The notes: generated by a model from the letters alone, not told the origin. A stretch of DNA of 63,121 nt, filler included, from Rhabdomonas costata (GCA_019059605.1; 57 parts of 57 records of this genome joined end to end with filler, not necessarily neighbours in it); one strand, 5' to 3'; positions 1-13,319 are shown, counted from the whole stretch's first letter. Numbers and translations are program-made.

Positions 1-406
1 TGGTGGTATGACTTGGACGGGAACATGTCCTGGGTCTCCATTGCTCACTTTCTCCACCTTTATCTTCAATGCATAACAAAATCTCAAATGGAATGCTAAG
101 TTAAATTTGTCTGGTGCCTTCACAACATGTCATAATTGCTTGTTTCCTGAACCTTTGAACTGCCCCTCGTGACATCTTCTGGTGATGGGTTCCACAGCAT
201 TAACCACCCGCTTGCCTTATACCGCCAGGTATGCCCTTTCCTCGCCCAACCATACATGAAACAGGGAGAGGGAGGGAGCTGCTTTCTGCCCTGTGCCCAG
301 ATAAGCCTGAAGAGTCCTTTCCTGCTTTTCTTCTTTTTCGAGGAGGAAAGGCGAAAGCCCTGCAAGGGGGGGGGGAGCGCAGTCCCAGAACTGCACGTGC
401 ACTCAC

Positions 407-630
407 CATGTTCAGCTGCGGGCTGTAGTCCCGGAGGTCCCTGAGGATGGCCAGGATGTCTGGCCTCCACTGCGTGCGCAGCAGAGGGCCCGTGGGCGTG
501 AGCTGAGGAACGTGAGCTGGGGAGGGCGGAGGTGACGGCCGGGGTAGCCCCTCCCCGCTGAGCCTCCGGACGATCTCATCGCTGAAGGTCCTCGGGAGCC
601 TTGTGAGGAGGCTCGAGGTCAGCTCCGTAC
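407..630 (-). CDS. Internal exon of unknown protein (TELTSSLL...RDYSPQLNM)
   Basis: Acceptor tgtgtctag, donor ATG|gtgagt, open GC3-rich frame between them. Confidence 0.5.
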
Positions 631-1010
631 CTAGACACACGCAAAAGCTCACGCACGTGCAAATCCACGCACCCCAAGATGGATCTTCAGAATGTCGTTA
701 TTGGGTGTCGGCATAGATGCAGAGGCTGGGAAGCAGCTACTCAACGTATGTGCCCCGACTTCGCCCAGCTCCAACATAGCTACAGGAGACGGCACACCGG
801 ACGGGGCGAAACTAGTGAAAAGAGAGGTGCCCCCCCTCCCGATTTTCGGGGTGACCCATGTCCGCTCACTCCCTCGCAGTGCCAGTTTCCCCTGTCGTGC
901 ATTTATAACCGGCGGTTGGATAGGTTTATGGACGCAGGATACGGCATTACACCCACTCCCAGCTCACATGATGCTCAGGGGTAGGCCCGAATGCAAATCC
1001 ACAAACACCC

Positions 1011-1110
1011 NNNNNNNNNNNNNNNNNNNNNNNNNNNNNNNNNNNNNNNNNNNNTTAATTAATTAANNNNNNNNNNNNNNNNNNNNNNNNNNNNNNNNNN
1101 NNNNNNNNNN
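1011..1110. other. Artificial contig spacer (44 N + TTAATTAATTAA + 44 N); first of 56, recurring about every 1.1 kb
   Basis: Identical 100-nt block recurs through the window; TTAATTAATTAA gives stops in all six frames, a standard pseudomolecule linker. Confidence 0.99.
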
Positions 1111-1205
1111 GGTGGGTAGTGGTGAGCCTCCGCTGTCGGGAGCGAGCGGGGAGGGCTAGGCGAGGGGTAGATGATAGGGCGCGGGTCTGGTGCAGCAGCC
1201 GCACC

Positions 1206-1603
1206 AAGGCTGGTGGCTCGACCCCAGTGACGGTGCGCAGGTACTGTGGATGCACAAAAACAGGTTTGGGAGTGACGAAGAGAAGGCCAAGAAAATTGCA
1301 AACCCTACGGGAAGAAAAATCAGATCTACCCGAGGTTCGCCACCACAAAAAAAAAGAGCACAAAAACTGATCGATCGATGATAACACACGCACTCTCAGG
1401 AAAGATGGAAAGACGCACAAAGCAAGACAAGAGCTCCCACCACCCCTTTCCCCACTGTCCTTACCACTCCCTTATTTCTTGCCCCTCTTTGCCCACCTTT
1501 GCCAGCGAGGCCGCGGCGCGGAGGTCGTCTGTGTCGGGGCACACCAGGGTGACCACAGGGACCTCCCCTCCACTCAGCGCAACCATATCCTCCAGCTCCG
1601 CCG
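1206..1603 (-). CDS. Two exons of unknown protein (1603-1497; 1243-~1206)
   Basis: ttcag| AAELEDMVALSGGEVPVVTLVCPDTDDLRAAASLAK |gtgggc joins in phase 0 to cacag| YLRTVTGVEPPAL. Confidence 0.4.
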
Positions 1604-4440
1604 CTGAATGCAAACGCAGCGAAAAAAAACACCTGCAACACAAATGCACCTCCACAGTCACACCAGGTGTGAGGCACCTCTGCAATACTTGCTTTGCTTC
1701 AAAAAACTAGTCAGAGGACCCAGCTGCTTTTTACAGCAGCGCAGAGCTAAGAGAGCTGAGAGACTGAGGGAATGATGCTGACTGTAATCATTTTTTTCTC
1801 GAAAGAATGCAGCTACCTACCCGCTGGATGATCGTGGTGGTGGTGGTGGTCGTATAGTAAAGAGGTATAGCCTTACCCGCTAGACTGATGGTCTCGCACG
1901 ACCCTGGTGAGGTGGGTCCCTAGAACCCAGCATGGGTCCCTCGATCCCAGGTTATCATTGACGTGTGCAGCGGGTTACGCAGACTATCGATTGCTATCGT
2001 ATGGATTGAGACGGATGGGTACAAGTGGGCTCAGCATCAAACACGTCTTCGTTTTCGTCAAAGGATAGCACCCCACACCCATTCCTCCTCCCCTCCTCCC
2101 CAGTTTTGAGAGCAAACACANNNNNNNNNNNNNNNNNNNNNNNNNNNNNNNNNNNNNNNNNNNNTTAATTAATTAANNNNNNNNNNNNNNNNNNNNNNNN
2201 NNNNNNNNNNNNNNNNNNNNGGGTGGTTGGGTACCCAGTGAGGTCCAATCGACACAGCTCTGCTCTCTGTTCGCTCGGTGGGAGAAATGCCTATGTGTCT
2301 GAGGTGCGTAGGCGTTTCGGGAGGCGTGCTGTACATACCCCAGGGTACAAAAGACCCCAGGCCTGCTTCGGCTTAGCCCTCTTCTTCAGAGCTGCGTAGG
2401 CCCCAATGATATTGCGACACCACCTGTTTTGTCTGGTGGCTTTTGTGCCGGATGGTTCTACTTGGGACATCGGGATTATTGTACTTGTGACATTGGTGTG
2501 GTGGGGTGAGCTTAGTGCGTTCCAACGCCCCGCTGATGAAGAAACTGGCTGGTTCAGAGTTCAGGTTGTCGTTCGGGGCGCGGCAGCAAGGAGATGAGAG
2601 GTGAGGTCATTTCTTTTGTTAATTTAAGAGCGACTTCACTTGTGACCAGAAAGGGCAAAAAAAATCCCCCACTTTAACGTTAACTGCAGAGAAAAGTTTC
2701 ACGTGCACAGCAAGAAAAAAACCTATCAGGTGATTGGGGAGCTCCACCAAAGCTGCAAGGACGCGGATGGCTTTCTACGGCTGAAGTACAGCATTGACAT
2801 CCCGCGCGAAAGCCTTAAACGGGCAAGCAGTCCTGACGCTCCCTTCTCCCAGCGGCTCCCTCACTGATTCTCCCTTTCGAAGGCTGCACATTCTTGCGCA
2901 GAGTGAAATTGTTTACACAAAAACGTGCACACCTTGGACGCATGTGTGTGCACACACGGAAACTAACCGAAATGGTGTGCAGACATGGTATGCAGCGTCA
3001 CATCCCCAGGTTTCTCGCTTTTGCCATTGCTGCGTTGATGGTTGCCCCTCTCCGAGGATTCGCGCAGTCTCTACCTGGGTCCTGCTTTGCTGCGTCGTGG
3101 GAATCTGACCGTTTTCTGTGCCCCTTGGGCCGTGTCCAACGGTTACTAGCATTTCCTGTGTTGTGCTTGGCGCGCTTGCTGTTCTGCTTCTGCCCTTCGC
3201 TGCGGTGTTTGGGAAAGTTACCACCCAACANNNNNNNNNNNNNNNNNNNNNNNNNNNNNNNNNNNNNNNNNNNNTTAATTAATTAANNNNNNNNNNNNNN
3301 NNNNNNNNNNNNNNNNNNNNNNNNNNNNNNGTTGTTGGTGCAGAAGATCGATTGCTTCCGAAGAGCTGTTAGGGCTATGAATGAGCTGGACACCATAACC
3401 ACTGTATTCAATCTCACTGGCGGAAGACACAGAAGGAGGGAGGGTCCCCCCGCTGCTCGCTCCCAGACCGACGCGAGGCTTCACAGAATAGAGCAGATGA
3501 GAACATGTTTGCAGGGCCAGGCGGAGGTTTACGTAGAAAAACTATATGCATTTTTTCTTGGCTGTTCATTTTTCAAAGCTGAATTGTACGTTTATTTCCG
3601 GACATGAAATTCCGACTCATGCTTTACTCAGTTCCCATATCATACTGCAGGCACCAATGGTGGGTGCCGTCAATAAAGGATCGGACCCCGCAGTGTTTGT
3701 GAGAGGTTTTTGCGGTGCTTCTGTTTGCGTAACTAACGTAAAAGCCAAAACAAATAGTTCCCGAACAGGCAGGAAGGCGTGCCCAACAAACAAGGCGAGA
3801 CTTGAAAACCATGCAATGTCCTCAGATGCTGACACAGCATTCATCACCCGCAATGCAGCAGAGGCCGCAGCGGGATTCATATTCTCGGCCAGCAATCCAT
3901 CACATGGGCAAGAGTGCAAAAACTGGAATGAAAATACCTGGTATGCATCCTCGCCCTGAAATACAACCAGCCTGGAGTGTTCTTGGACTCCCTTCGGGCG
4001 ATAAAGTACCGCGGTGGCGAGGGGCGGAAGCGGGAGTGGACGGATGAGAGAGGGACGTACCATGGTGAGTCTTGCATAAAAATTGACTTTGTTGCCTAAC
4101 GGTGTTAAACATTCAACAGGTTAAACGCCGATGTTTTTTTTTTTCAAAAAGGTACTTTCTGAGCGGGGGTTAGGCTAACTTTGCCTGTACTCACTTGGCG
4201 AAGTTTCTGGGGGGTTAGAATTGACTGTTTTATTGCCTGTTTATATATTGACTGTTATATTTGTTTGGATGCCGATTATTTATGATTAAAAGACTTGAAT
4301 CATTTACTGGTGTGAAACGTTTAACGGCCCACCCAACACANNNNNNNNNNNNNNNNNNNNNNNNNNNNNNNNNNNNNNNNNNNNTTAATTAATTAANNNN
4401 NNNNNNNNNNNNNNNNNNNNNNNNNNNNNNNNNNNNNNNN

Positions 4441-5258
4441 ACCAGCCCGACAATAAGCAGGATAAGCACACACACCCCGCAGCCCGAGCGGCTGCGCTTC
4501 AGGAGCTTTTCCATCCTCCGCCGCTCCGAAGCCATCCGCTGCGACGTAATGTCGACGTCGGTCTGCAACCCGGTGAGCAGCCTGAAACCCACCCATCCAC
4601 CCTAACATCCCCTCCCCTTCGTAAACTCTGCGCAGGTGTACAAGACTCCGCCCAAGTAAGCATGACAAATCGAACGAAAAACCTGGACCCACGGACGCGC
4701 CCTGGATCCTAGGAAACATCCATTTCCCTCCATCACCAAAATTCATGCTTTGCGACGCACGAGCGAGTCCCAGAAGTCGGAGACGCACCCCTTCCCCTAA
4801 GGGTATATGAAGACCCCACCCCTACCTTTCACAAATGTTCCAAAGCAAGCGCTGAGATCGCTCATCTGACAGTGCGCTGCGCCGCTTTGCCCGGACTCAT
4901 GTGTTCTGGGGGGGGGTCTCTGCAACTTGATGGGGAGGAGGTGTCGCAAGTAGGTCCGTTCCGGAATGTTGGGAGGAGCACGTACAAGCCAGCATCCGTC
5001 ATTGCCTTTCCTTTCATATTTAAATCCATTCCTATGCTTCTTCCCTTTTTGCCTGGGCGCAGTCGCCCACAAATTCACGTATGAGGCTGTGTGGCATACC
5101 GCATGCATTGGTTTCGATTGCAATGCAGCATCAGTCTATGTCAAAAAGAGCTGCTGCTGCGCACCGGTTGTGCTCCATGATCTCGTTGCCAATCAGCATG
5201 CCCACGTTCTTGGTCCGCAGAACGCTCTCGTGGAGGGCTTCCAGGTCCTCGTCCTGCC
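4441..5258 (-). CDS. Qc-SNARE (syntaxin-8/SYP5-like) SNARE motif plus transmembrane anchor; exons 5258-5165 and 4581-4441
   Basis: Spliced product QDEDLEALHESVLRTKNVGMLIGNEIMEHNR-LLTGLQTDVDITSQRMASERRRMEKLLKRSRSGCGVCVLILLIVGL; phase-matched GT-AG intron. Confidence 0.8.
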
Positions 5259-7870
5259 CTGCCACCATCATAAACGCACAGGCGTATACCACCACAACAG
5301 ACGGGACGGGGATGACCAGCACCCCGCGTCCACACACATATGCCCCCGCATTGGAAAGTGAACCATGTCAAAACCAGGCCACCAGTGGCAATTCACAGCA
5401 TCGGGACCAACCAAGAGCACCCCGACCAACCACACCAAACACACAACACANNNNNNNNNNNNNNNNNNNNNNNNNNNNNNNNNNNNNNNNNNNNTTAATT
5501 AATTAANNNNNNNNNNNNNNNNNNNNNNNNNNNNNNNNNNNNNNNNNNNNGTTGGTTTTGATCTGGACTTCTTATTTTTGAGATGAAGTGGGCATTTTCC
5601 ATAATTATACCATCTGGGAAAAATGCATTCAATGGACTCACCAATGACATCAAGGAGGTAAGTAACCTGGTGTGTGCTCAATGAGATAGGTCACAGCTTC
5701 TCCTTGCCTTGGCGCCAGCATCAACAAAGCGCGTATGCATCTATTGCCCTCTCCAGCCACCAACTATCAACGTGAACAATGAAGCAGACGAAAGAACGGG
5801 AGGGAAGAGGGGGTGGCCCGGCGTGAGTGCAAAACAAAAACCACTGTGTGTAAAAATGAGTGTGTGAAATTGGGGAGCCGAGCCTGCGATTCTCAGAGAT
5901 GAAAATGCGAAGAAGAAACCCTGAAACACCATAGTACACCGTTCATAATTTACCTGGGCAAGCCTCTATGTGCAGCACCACAGGGTTTGCACAACATTCG
6001 CTTGACGCGACGCGGCCGCAGATTTAAACTCGTGTTTCCGACACCACAGCAATTAAAGGAAGAGAAAAACCACAGGTGGTGTGCATAAAAAAAAGGACCA
6101 GAACAAACGCTTGTCACGAAAAGCACATAGACACCCCAGTGTAGAGGCTGTTTGTTAGCCGCGCCGGGCCCAAGGAGGGGTCGTCCAGCGCCACCGCGAC
6201 CAATCGCTTGGTGTACTCATCGCGCGCCCGCTGCAGGGCCACGGGGTACTCCGCCCCGGCCTTGCTTGGCTATGGCAGAAAGGCGTACATGCACCCTTAG
6301 GGAGTTTGAGAAATCCGCTTCAGAAAAGAGGAGGAAACGTTCGGAAAGCCTGGGCATACATTGAAAACTAGGTGGCGGGCTCAAGGGTGGAGAAGGATGA
6401 AACGAGGGTGAACACCAGTGCAACCGAGGAATCAACATCAGTGATAAACAGCAGGATCGGACTATTCCTAAAAGCATGCCGTATCAACACTAGTCACTGG
6501 CATGGTACGCAGGCTAACGTATTCCAAATAAAACCAGACAACGGAATAACATGCGCCTACNNNNNNNNNNNNNNNNNNNNNNNNNNNNNNNNNNNNNNNN
6601 NNNNTTAATTAATTAANNNNNNNNNNNNNNNNNNNNNNNNNNNNNNNNNNNNNNNNNNNNCCCGGGTGGGCGACGTGGTGCTATGGAAGGCCAACTCCCC
6701 TGTTCTCTCCCGATGGCTTGCTGTGGTCAACACAAGGACGCGGAAATAAAAAGGTGAAAAAGTGAAAAAAAAAAAAAACAAGGCCAAATGTGTCGACTGA
6801 AACCCAAATGATAGTAGGTACCGAAGTGGAGCCCGCCGAGGGCGACATTATGCTTCCTATTCGCAACGCTCATGATACTACTCCGGATGCCTCGGCAAGC
6901 CTCGACATTCTCCGTAATTCAGAGCCCTTCAAGACGATACCGAAATGAGAGATGATGTCTGATGTCTGACACATAAATACCGATAATGAAGACATACTAC
7001 CCCATTCCCTACGGTCCTGGGGCCCCAAGTCTTTCATGGTCGTGTGCTACGCCTACTCCCTAGATGTATGGATGCTACTCCGCTCAGCTTCGTGACTTTA
7101 TTTATAATCCTACTCCGAGATGGCCACCCTCCTACATAACCTTGAGTGAGGAATCCGAAATCTAAGGCTAAACCCAAATTGAGGTAACCACTCAAAATGG
7201 AGGCCGCCGAGGCCGACTGTGAGGGTGAGCGAAGCGAACAGTATACCCTACTACGCAAGACCTGCCGGCCATGCAACCGCTACCTGAAGCCAGCAAGGAC
7301 GAATACCGAATACAAATCCCCGGCTCCAGAACCCGAACCAAAATAGTGGTTGAGCCATCGAAACCTATCGGTATCCAGTAATTCCACCCGATTTGACCAC
7401 GTTCGGCACGTTCCGTCCACCGCAACTTCTGGAGCAGTTCCCCAGTCGCTGTCATTCTCGCGTGGAGATCCTGAAGGTTAATAAGCGCGTTGACGACTAC
7501 TGCAGAGCAAACTCACCAGCGAACTGAACCTTTAAGGAATATAACGTTTTTTCTTCAATTTCTTCATTTTTCTTAGAACTCGCTTTGGGTCAGCGCACCC
7601 CGGCCCTTTTCACTGCTTTTTCCAGCGGCCAAGGGGAGACGGAGCGAAGATGACTCCTTGCAACACACCNNNNNNNNNNNNNNNNNNNNNNNNNNNNNNN
7701 NNNNNNNNNNNNNTTAATTAATTAANNNNNNNNNNNNNNNNNNNNNNNNNNNNNNNNNNNNNNNNNNNNGTTGGGGGTGAGGGAAGGATCCCCTGAGCTT
7801 GAGCAGGGCGAATTTGTACGTTTATTCTCAATTCGGAGCTCATATCTCTGTTCTTTCTGAAGTTCCCCCA

Positions 7871-8140
7871 ATGGCTACCACCACGGGGTCAGGTGCAGAC
7901 GCGGCGGCGACCGCCGGGCCCGAGAAGAGAGCCGCGGGCACCCCTCTGTACCTGGACTACAATGCCACCACCCCAATCTGCGCCGAAGCTGTGGAGGCGA
8001 TGGTTTCCTACCTCCGCGATGGGTTTCCGCACGGCAACCCTAGCAGTGGGCATGCCTATGGGGTGCAAGCTAAGGCGCTGGTGGAAGGGGCCCGGCAGAG
8101 GGTGAGCGTGGCTCTGGGGGCGCGTCCTGACGGCTCTGAG
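7871..8140 (+). CDS. First exon of class V PLP enzyme (cysteine desulfurase NifS / selenocysteine lyase-like)
   Basis: Motifs LYLDYNATTP and GNPSSGHAYG..AK..VE.AR; exon ends GAG|gtcgga just before the expected FTSGG. Confidence 0.88.
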
Positions 8141-11100
8141 GTCGGAGTCTTTTCCCTCCTGCATCACTGCATCGCTCTATTGTTGGTGGTGGCGGGGTTC
8201 GGAGGATTTAACTGACGTGGAAGGGAGGGGGTGATCGTTACCATTATCGGTAAGAACTTTCCCTGTCGGGCAATAATCGACAATGCTGGGGGTTTCAATT
8301 GAAATGCAGCAACACCTTTGAAAAATATTTTTATGACACAGGGGTTTGTGTCATGTGTTGTTCCCCTATTTGTGCTGCTGGGCTGCGTCTCCTTTACTTA
8401 ACAGACTCAGTCTTTTTCGAAAAACAAGCAACTATTTTGAACGGTGCATTGGACCATCGAGGAGAGAGCCCATGCAGTGGTCTACCATCGCCGCGGCTCA
8501 GCACTGTTCTGTACCAATTGTTAATTGTTCTGTTACAAAGCTAAACTATCAACTTTAAACTATCCCAACAAAATGGGAGTGCAACACCCATCTGCAACCA
8601 CACTCACCATCCAAGAAAATAACTAAGTAATGTCACATTTTAACTGGGACACCGGTATATTTAAAAAAACAGGTCACGTTCCCACACCAGCCGCCTGCTC
8701 TGGCCGCGACGCGGCGGGCCGCGCTGGCCTTTTGGTCCCAAACTAAAGCTGTCCTGCTCGTCAGCCCGTGTTCCAGCCGNNNNNNNNNNNNNNNNNNNNN
8801 NNNNNNNNNNNNNNNNNNNNNNNTTAATTAATTAANNNNNNNNNNNNNNNNNNNNNNNNNNNNNNNNNNNNNNNNNNNNTTTGCCTCTCGTATTAACACC
8901 TGTCGTGCACCTTTGTGCACCGCAGACACACTACAGGCCCCAACTGCCGACAAAGTGGTAAAGTTCATGAACGGAGAAACACAGAGGCTAGTTCTCCGTG
9001 GTAAAATGTTGTATTCCCACTCTAGTGGAAGCTGGGGAAGTCCCATTTTGACGGCTTCCCCGGAGGAAAAGCCGCAACCCCGGGTAACGGGACCTGCCCC
9101 ACACCAACAAATGCAGTACCGGAACTGGGAGATGTGAACCGGTACCGAGTAGAAGGGTAGTGTAACGTTTTACCCAGGTATAGTGTAACCCGTTCAGCGA
9201 CACCACACACACCGTGCCGACCGTGTTTTTTTCTCGTGCTCTTCTTTGTGCTACCATGTTCATGCTCATTTGTGTTTTTCAGGCACTCCACGCCACTGCT
9301 GCACCACCCTTCCGCGCGTATGTGTTTATTTGCTTGTCTTTCTGGTCTCCTCTTTGCTTTTGTACCAAACAGTGTGAGGCAAATCTGCCGCACTCATGCC
9401 GGCAAGTAGCAGCCTCTGCGCGCCACAGTCGGCAGTACCCCACCTCCAGTCAGCCATTGGCGCCGATACAACCCGCCTGATGCTCACGAAAACCAAAACA
9501 CACGCACGCACACAAATATACACTGCACTTGACCACTGCACCACTTTTGCTGCAAATGTGCACTTTGCACCCCTTTCCACGACTAACGGATTCTTTTGGC
9601 ACCACACTAACACACCTTTTTTTTCACACATTAGTCGCCCCTTAACTTTTTCCGAGGCTCCTCCGCCACTAGCGGGTGAAGGTGCAACGGTCCTCCTAAT
9701 GTCAGAAACCAATCCTTTTTCCCCTAGGTCATGGATCACGCCATGCCCGGAAACAAATACTCCCACAACACATACTTTCACCCACGTTTTCCCCCTAACG
9801 AAATTGCCTTTTTGGCCAAATGACCTTTCTGGTCAATCACCTTGACCACTGCTACTGTCTTTTCCCTGCCCAACACCCGTTGTCTTTTTNNNNNNNNNNN
9901 NNNNNNNNNNNNNNNNNNNNNNNNNNNNNNNNNTTAATTAATTAANNNNNNNNNNNNNNNNNNNNNNNNNNNNNNNNNNNNNNNNNNNNTTTTTTGTATA
10001 AACAGCATGCCTCCAAAAACGCTGAATTTGCAGTTACTTGCGGTAAGTATTTCATATATTTTCACTCCAGACTTCTGCCGGTTGTAGTGCCACCTTGGCA
10101 GATTTTTTTGTTCCCTTTACACCGCATCTTGCCAACGCAGTAGTAATGGCGTAAGTGCAGTGCATTACCACAAGAATGCTCGGTGCACAGGTGCAATGAC
10201 TCACTGATATGAGAGCTGAAGAGTACGCGGAAAGAAAAGTGATACATAGAAAATGACAGCGACGATGATGGTATGGGTCTATGAGCCTTGACACACCGAG
10301 GCAGCTCACGCACTGGTGATTAGGACAGTCATTTGTCCAAGAAGATGAAACCATTTCAAACTCAAGATGCGCTACTGTGGGATGGTGAATAAGTTATCGG
10401 AAACTATCTTTCACTCCTTTCACTTTTCCACTTCACTCGATTCATTTTTTCCATATTACTTCATTTCCTTCTTTTTTTGTTTTATCTCAACTCTCAAGCA
10501 ACTTTCTTGGTCTCAACTCTCACATGATTTATTGTTTTAAACTTGTTTGACTTGACCTGTTATGCATCTCTTGCATTCTTTATTATATCTTAGTGGCTAC
10601 TGAAGTTGACCAATCTGTGACTCTGGATTTCAAAACCACTGGGTTGAGTGCATCCACAAAGACCCTGGTGGAACGCCGAGACCGGTATGACCTGTAGACT
10701 GCTACGGTTGATGGTGGGCACACAAATGTAAAAACTTGTTGCCTTTGTGCTTCCTTTCTATTCCAGGGCCCTGTTGGTGGATGGTGTAAATGGTGTAAAG
10801 CTACACTTGGTGGAGGGTGTGTGGTTGGTACGCTGGTGGAGCGGTGGCGGATGTGCTTGCTGGGTTTCCGTTTGCTTCGTTTTATCACTCAAAGTGCCAT
10901 TTTATGTATACAGCGTTTTGCTAGCATTTATCTTTGATTTTCGCGTCTCTGCGCGTGCGCCGGCGTCTTTTGCACAGCATTGGCGAAGGGAGTTATTTGN
11001 NNNNNNNNNNNNNNNNNNNNNNNNNNNNNNNNNNNNNNNNNNNTTAATTAATTAANNNNNNNNNNNNNNNNNNNNNNNNNNNNNNNNNNNNNNNNNNNNA

Positions 11101-11771
11101 TTCTTCGCCATCTCTAGGTCGTTCTCTCAACACTGCAGGGGTTGGGAGGCGTTGCACGTGTGGGATAAAACACGCGTGTTTCTTCGCCATTCATATTAAA
11201 GTCATCTGGTAGCAAAGGGAGACGTATTCTTCAAGAGAGGGGGACACACGTTTACACTGATGAGGGGGGCGGGGCGTATAATTGAAGTTTGCCAGAAGAC
11301 GTAGGGGATGGCTCCTTACAGGAGCCACACTCCAAAAGTCAGAAAATCTCCATTCGATTCCAGGAGGTCGAGAGTTTTTCTTCAAAAATCTTCGTTCACC
11401 TGGCAAACACCGTGCCCCAGCCGGCACCGCCACTACGCAGGAGCCTCCTCATCCAAATGACCAAATGCCTCGCCTGCTTCGTGAGAAACAACTGACCAAA
11501 CTGCCGGGCGGGGAGAACAAAGATAAGAACGGAAAGTACAACGGCCGAAACTCACCTAACAAGACTTCGGGAGTCAACGAATGAAGGGCAGTGACCAGCA
11601 GAAGGGTGTTTGACGCTCGGGGACAGCCCCTGCTTTGCAGGGATCCAGATGGCACGCAGACAGCTGCTTCAGGATAAAGTGCTTCCTCCCAGGCAGCGGT
11701 TGTGCTCGGGTTGGACAGCGGAGGGGGTTCCACGGGTCTGTACCTCGTCTGTCCCGAGCACCTGCCCATAC

Positions 11772-12066
11772 CTGCTGATAAGGATTCTTCCTCTGCCGCG
11801 TCATGACTGTCACCAGTCGTCTTCGTCATATGTGTGCCTCCTTGTCGTGCCTTAGAATGGGATAGAGACCCGTCTTCGTCTTCGACAGGGTTTTCATACT
11901 CAACTCCATCATCATCATCTCCCTTCTGCTCCACTGCAGAATTTTTGACCTTTTCCATTTGCAAAGAGCTTGTAGTCTCCATCTTGCTCCTTCGTTTGTT
12001 GCTGGCTTGTTTGCCTGACTCAGACCGGCGAATCGTTGGTACCGCGTTTGTTTGGGCTTCTCCAAC
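11772..12066 (-). CDS. Possible exon of acidic low-complexity protein
   Basis: Open D/E-rich frame (KGDDDDGVEYENPVEDEDG) ending GCAG|gtatgg; no recognisable domain. Confidence 0.3.
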
Positions 12067-12214
12067 CTACTGTTTGCCTTTCTCGTTCGTGTTCCACACC
12101 ACCAACCCCNNNNNNNNNNNNNNNNNNNNNNNNNNNNNNNNNNNNNNNNNNNNTTAATTAATTAANNNNNNNNNNNNNNNNNNNNNNNNNNNNNNNNNNN
12201 NNNNNNNNNGGTTG

Positions 12215-12361
12215 TGTCCCTGCGGGGCCCTTACCCTTACACTCCCTACCACTATACCCCGACAACACCGCATCAGCATCAAGGTAAAGCATCACGTCCA
12301 CACTCCGATGGTCTAAGGGTATAGTGGTTGGGAGTGTAAGGGTAAGGGCCCCGCAGGGACA
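12215..12361. repeat. 45-bp inverted repeat (12215-12259 / 12317-12361, 1 mismatch) at contig end
   Basis: tgtccctgcggggcccttacccttacactccc(t/a)accactataccc and its reverse complement. Confidence 0.9.
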
Positions 12362-12379
12362 GAACCGCGATGCCAAGCT

Positions 12380-12842
12380 GAGTCGTCACACTCGACACTC
12401 GCTACGCTCATGTCTCCTGTTCCTCCGGTTGGTTCGACTCTCACACTCGGCACTCACGGTGTTCGTGCCTCCTGTTCGTGTCTCTCATGGTAAGGGGTAT
12501 TCTTGGTCTCTCGGTCGTCGCTACGCTCCTTCCTCGTTCCTTGGTCGTCACAATCGCTCGTTGCACTCGCTCATGTTCCTCCGACGTCACAATCGACATT
12601 CACTGCGTTCATGTCTCATGTTCCTCTGCATAATGGGTATTGGGTATTCTGTCTCTCACTCGCTACCCGCTCGTTCGTTCCTAGGTCGTCACTTCGCTCG
12701 AGTCCCTCGCTACGTTCCTCCTGACGTCACTCCCTTAACTGCGTTCCGGTCGTTCCTCTGCATAAGTGTGTTCTTCTGTATTCGTGTCACTCACTCGCAT
12801 CAGCTCGTTCAAATCGTTCAAATCGTTCAAATCGTTCAAATC
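12380..12842. repeat. Degenerate ~130-150-bp C/T-rich modules ending in (TCGTTCAAA)4
   Basis: Recurring gtcgtcac/gacgtcac, gggtattct (~12495, ~12642) and gttcctctgcataa (12620, 12752); perfect 9-mer x4 at 12805-12840. Confidence 0.7.
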
Positions 12843-13319
12843 ATGAACCCCAAATTCTCTCTTATGAACCCACACACCTTTCTCGTTTATATTCTTTATT
12901 GTTGCCAAACAACACTTTTGCGGCACTGCGTCACCATGGTTCAGTGAAAAGTACACCAGCATTACGAACAACAAAAAGGAAACATTAAACAAACAGCCAC
13001 GCGGTGGCGAAGAGGAGGAAACTCGCGGGGCGCGCAGAACCGTCTCTATTTCCGCACGCAATAGTCAGAACTCATTATACGTGGGAGACCACAGAGAGAG
13101 AAACGCACAGAAGAAAACGTGGTGAGGCTGAAAAGGCGTACTCGAAGAAGGTTAGCAGGCGCGTGGAGTTTGTGCGGGTTGATCAGACTTTGTCCACGTT
13201 TTCCTTTGAACCCCCAACANNNNNNNNNNNNNNNNNNNNNNNNNNNNNNNNNNNNNNNNNNNNTTAATTAATTAANNNNNNNNNNNNNNNNNNNNNNNNN
13301 NNNNNNNNNNNNNNNNNNN

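Noticed and set aside
2362-2390. Hammerhead-like core on the minus strand (CTGAAGA...GGC-TAA-GCC-GAAG)
   Set aside because: GAAG instead of GAAA, and no convincing stems I and III
4154-4163. ACTTTCTGAG matching the start of the Euglena spliced leader
   Set aside because: Only 10 nt match, then it diverges; no donor or Sm site follows
9147-9192. Polypurine tract followed by TGTAAC, like an LTR start
   Set aside because: No pol homology upstream and no second LTR available to confirm
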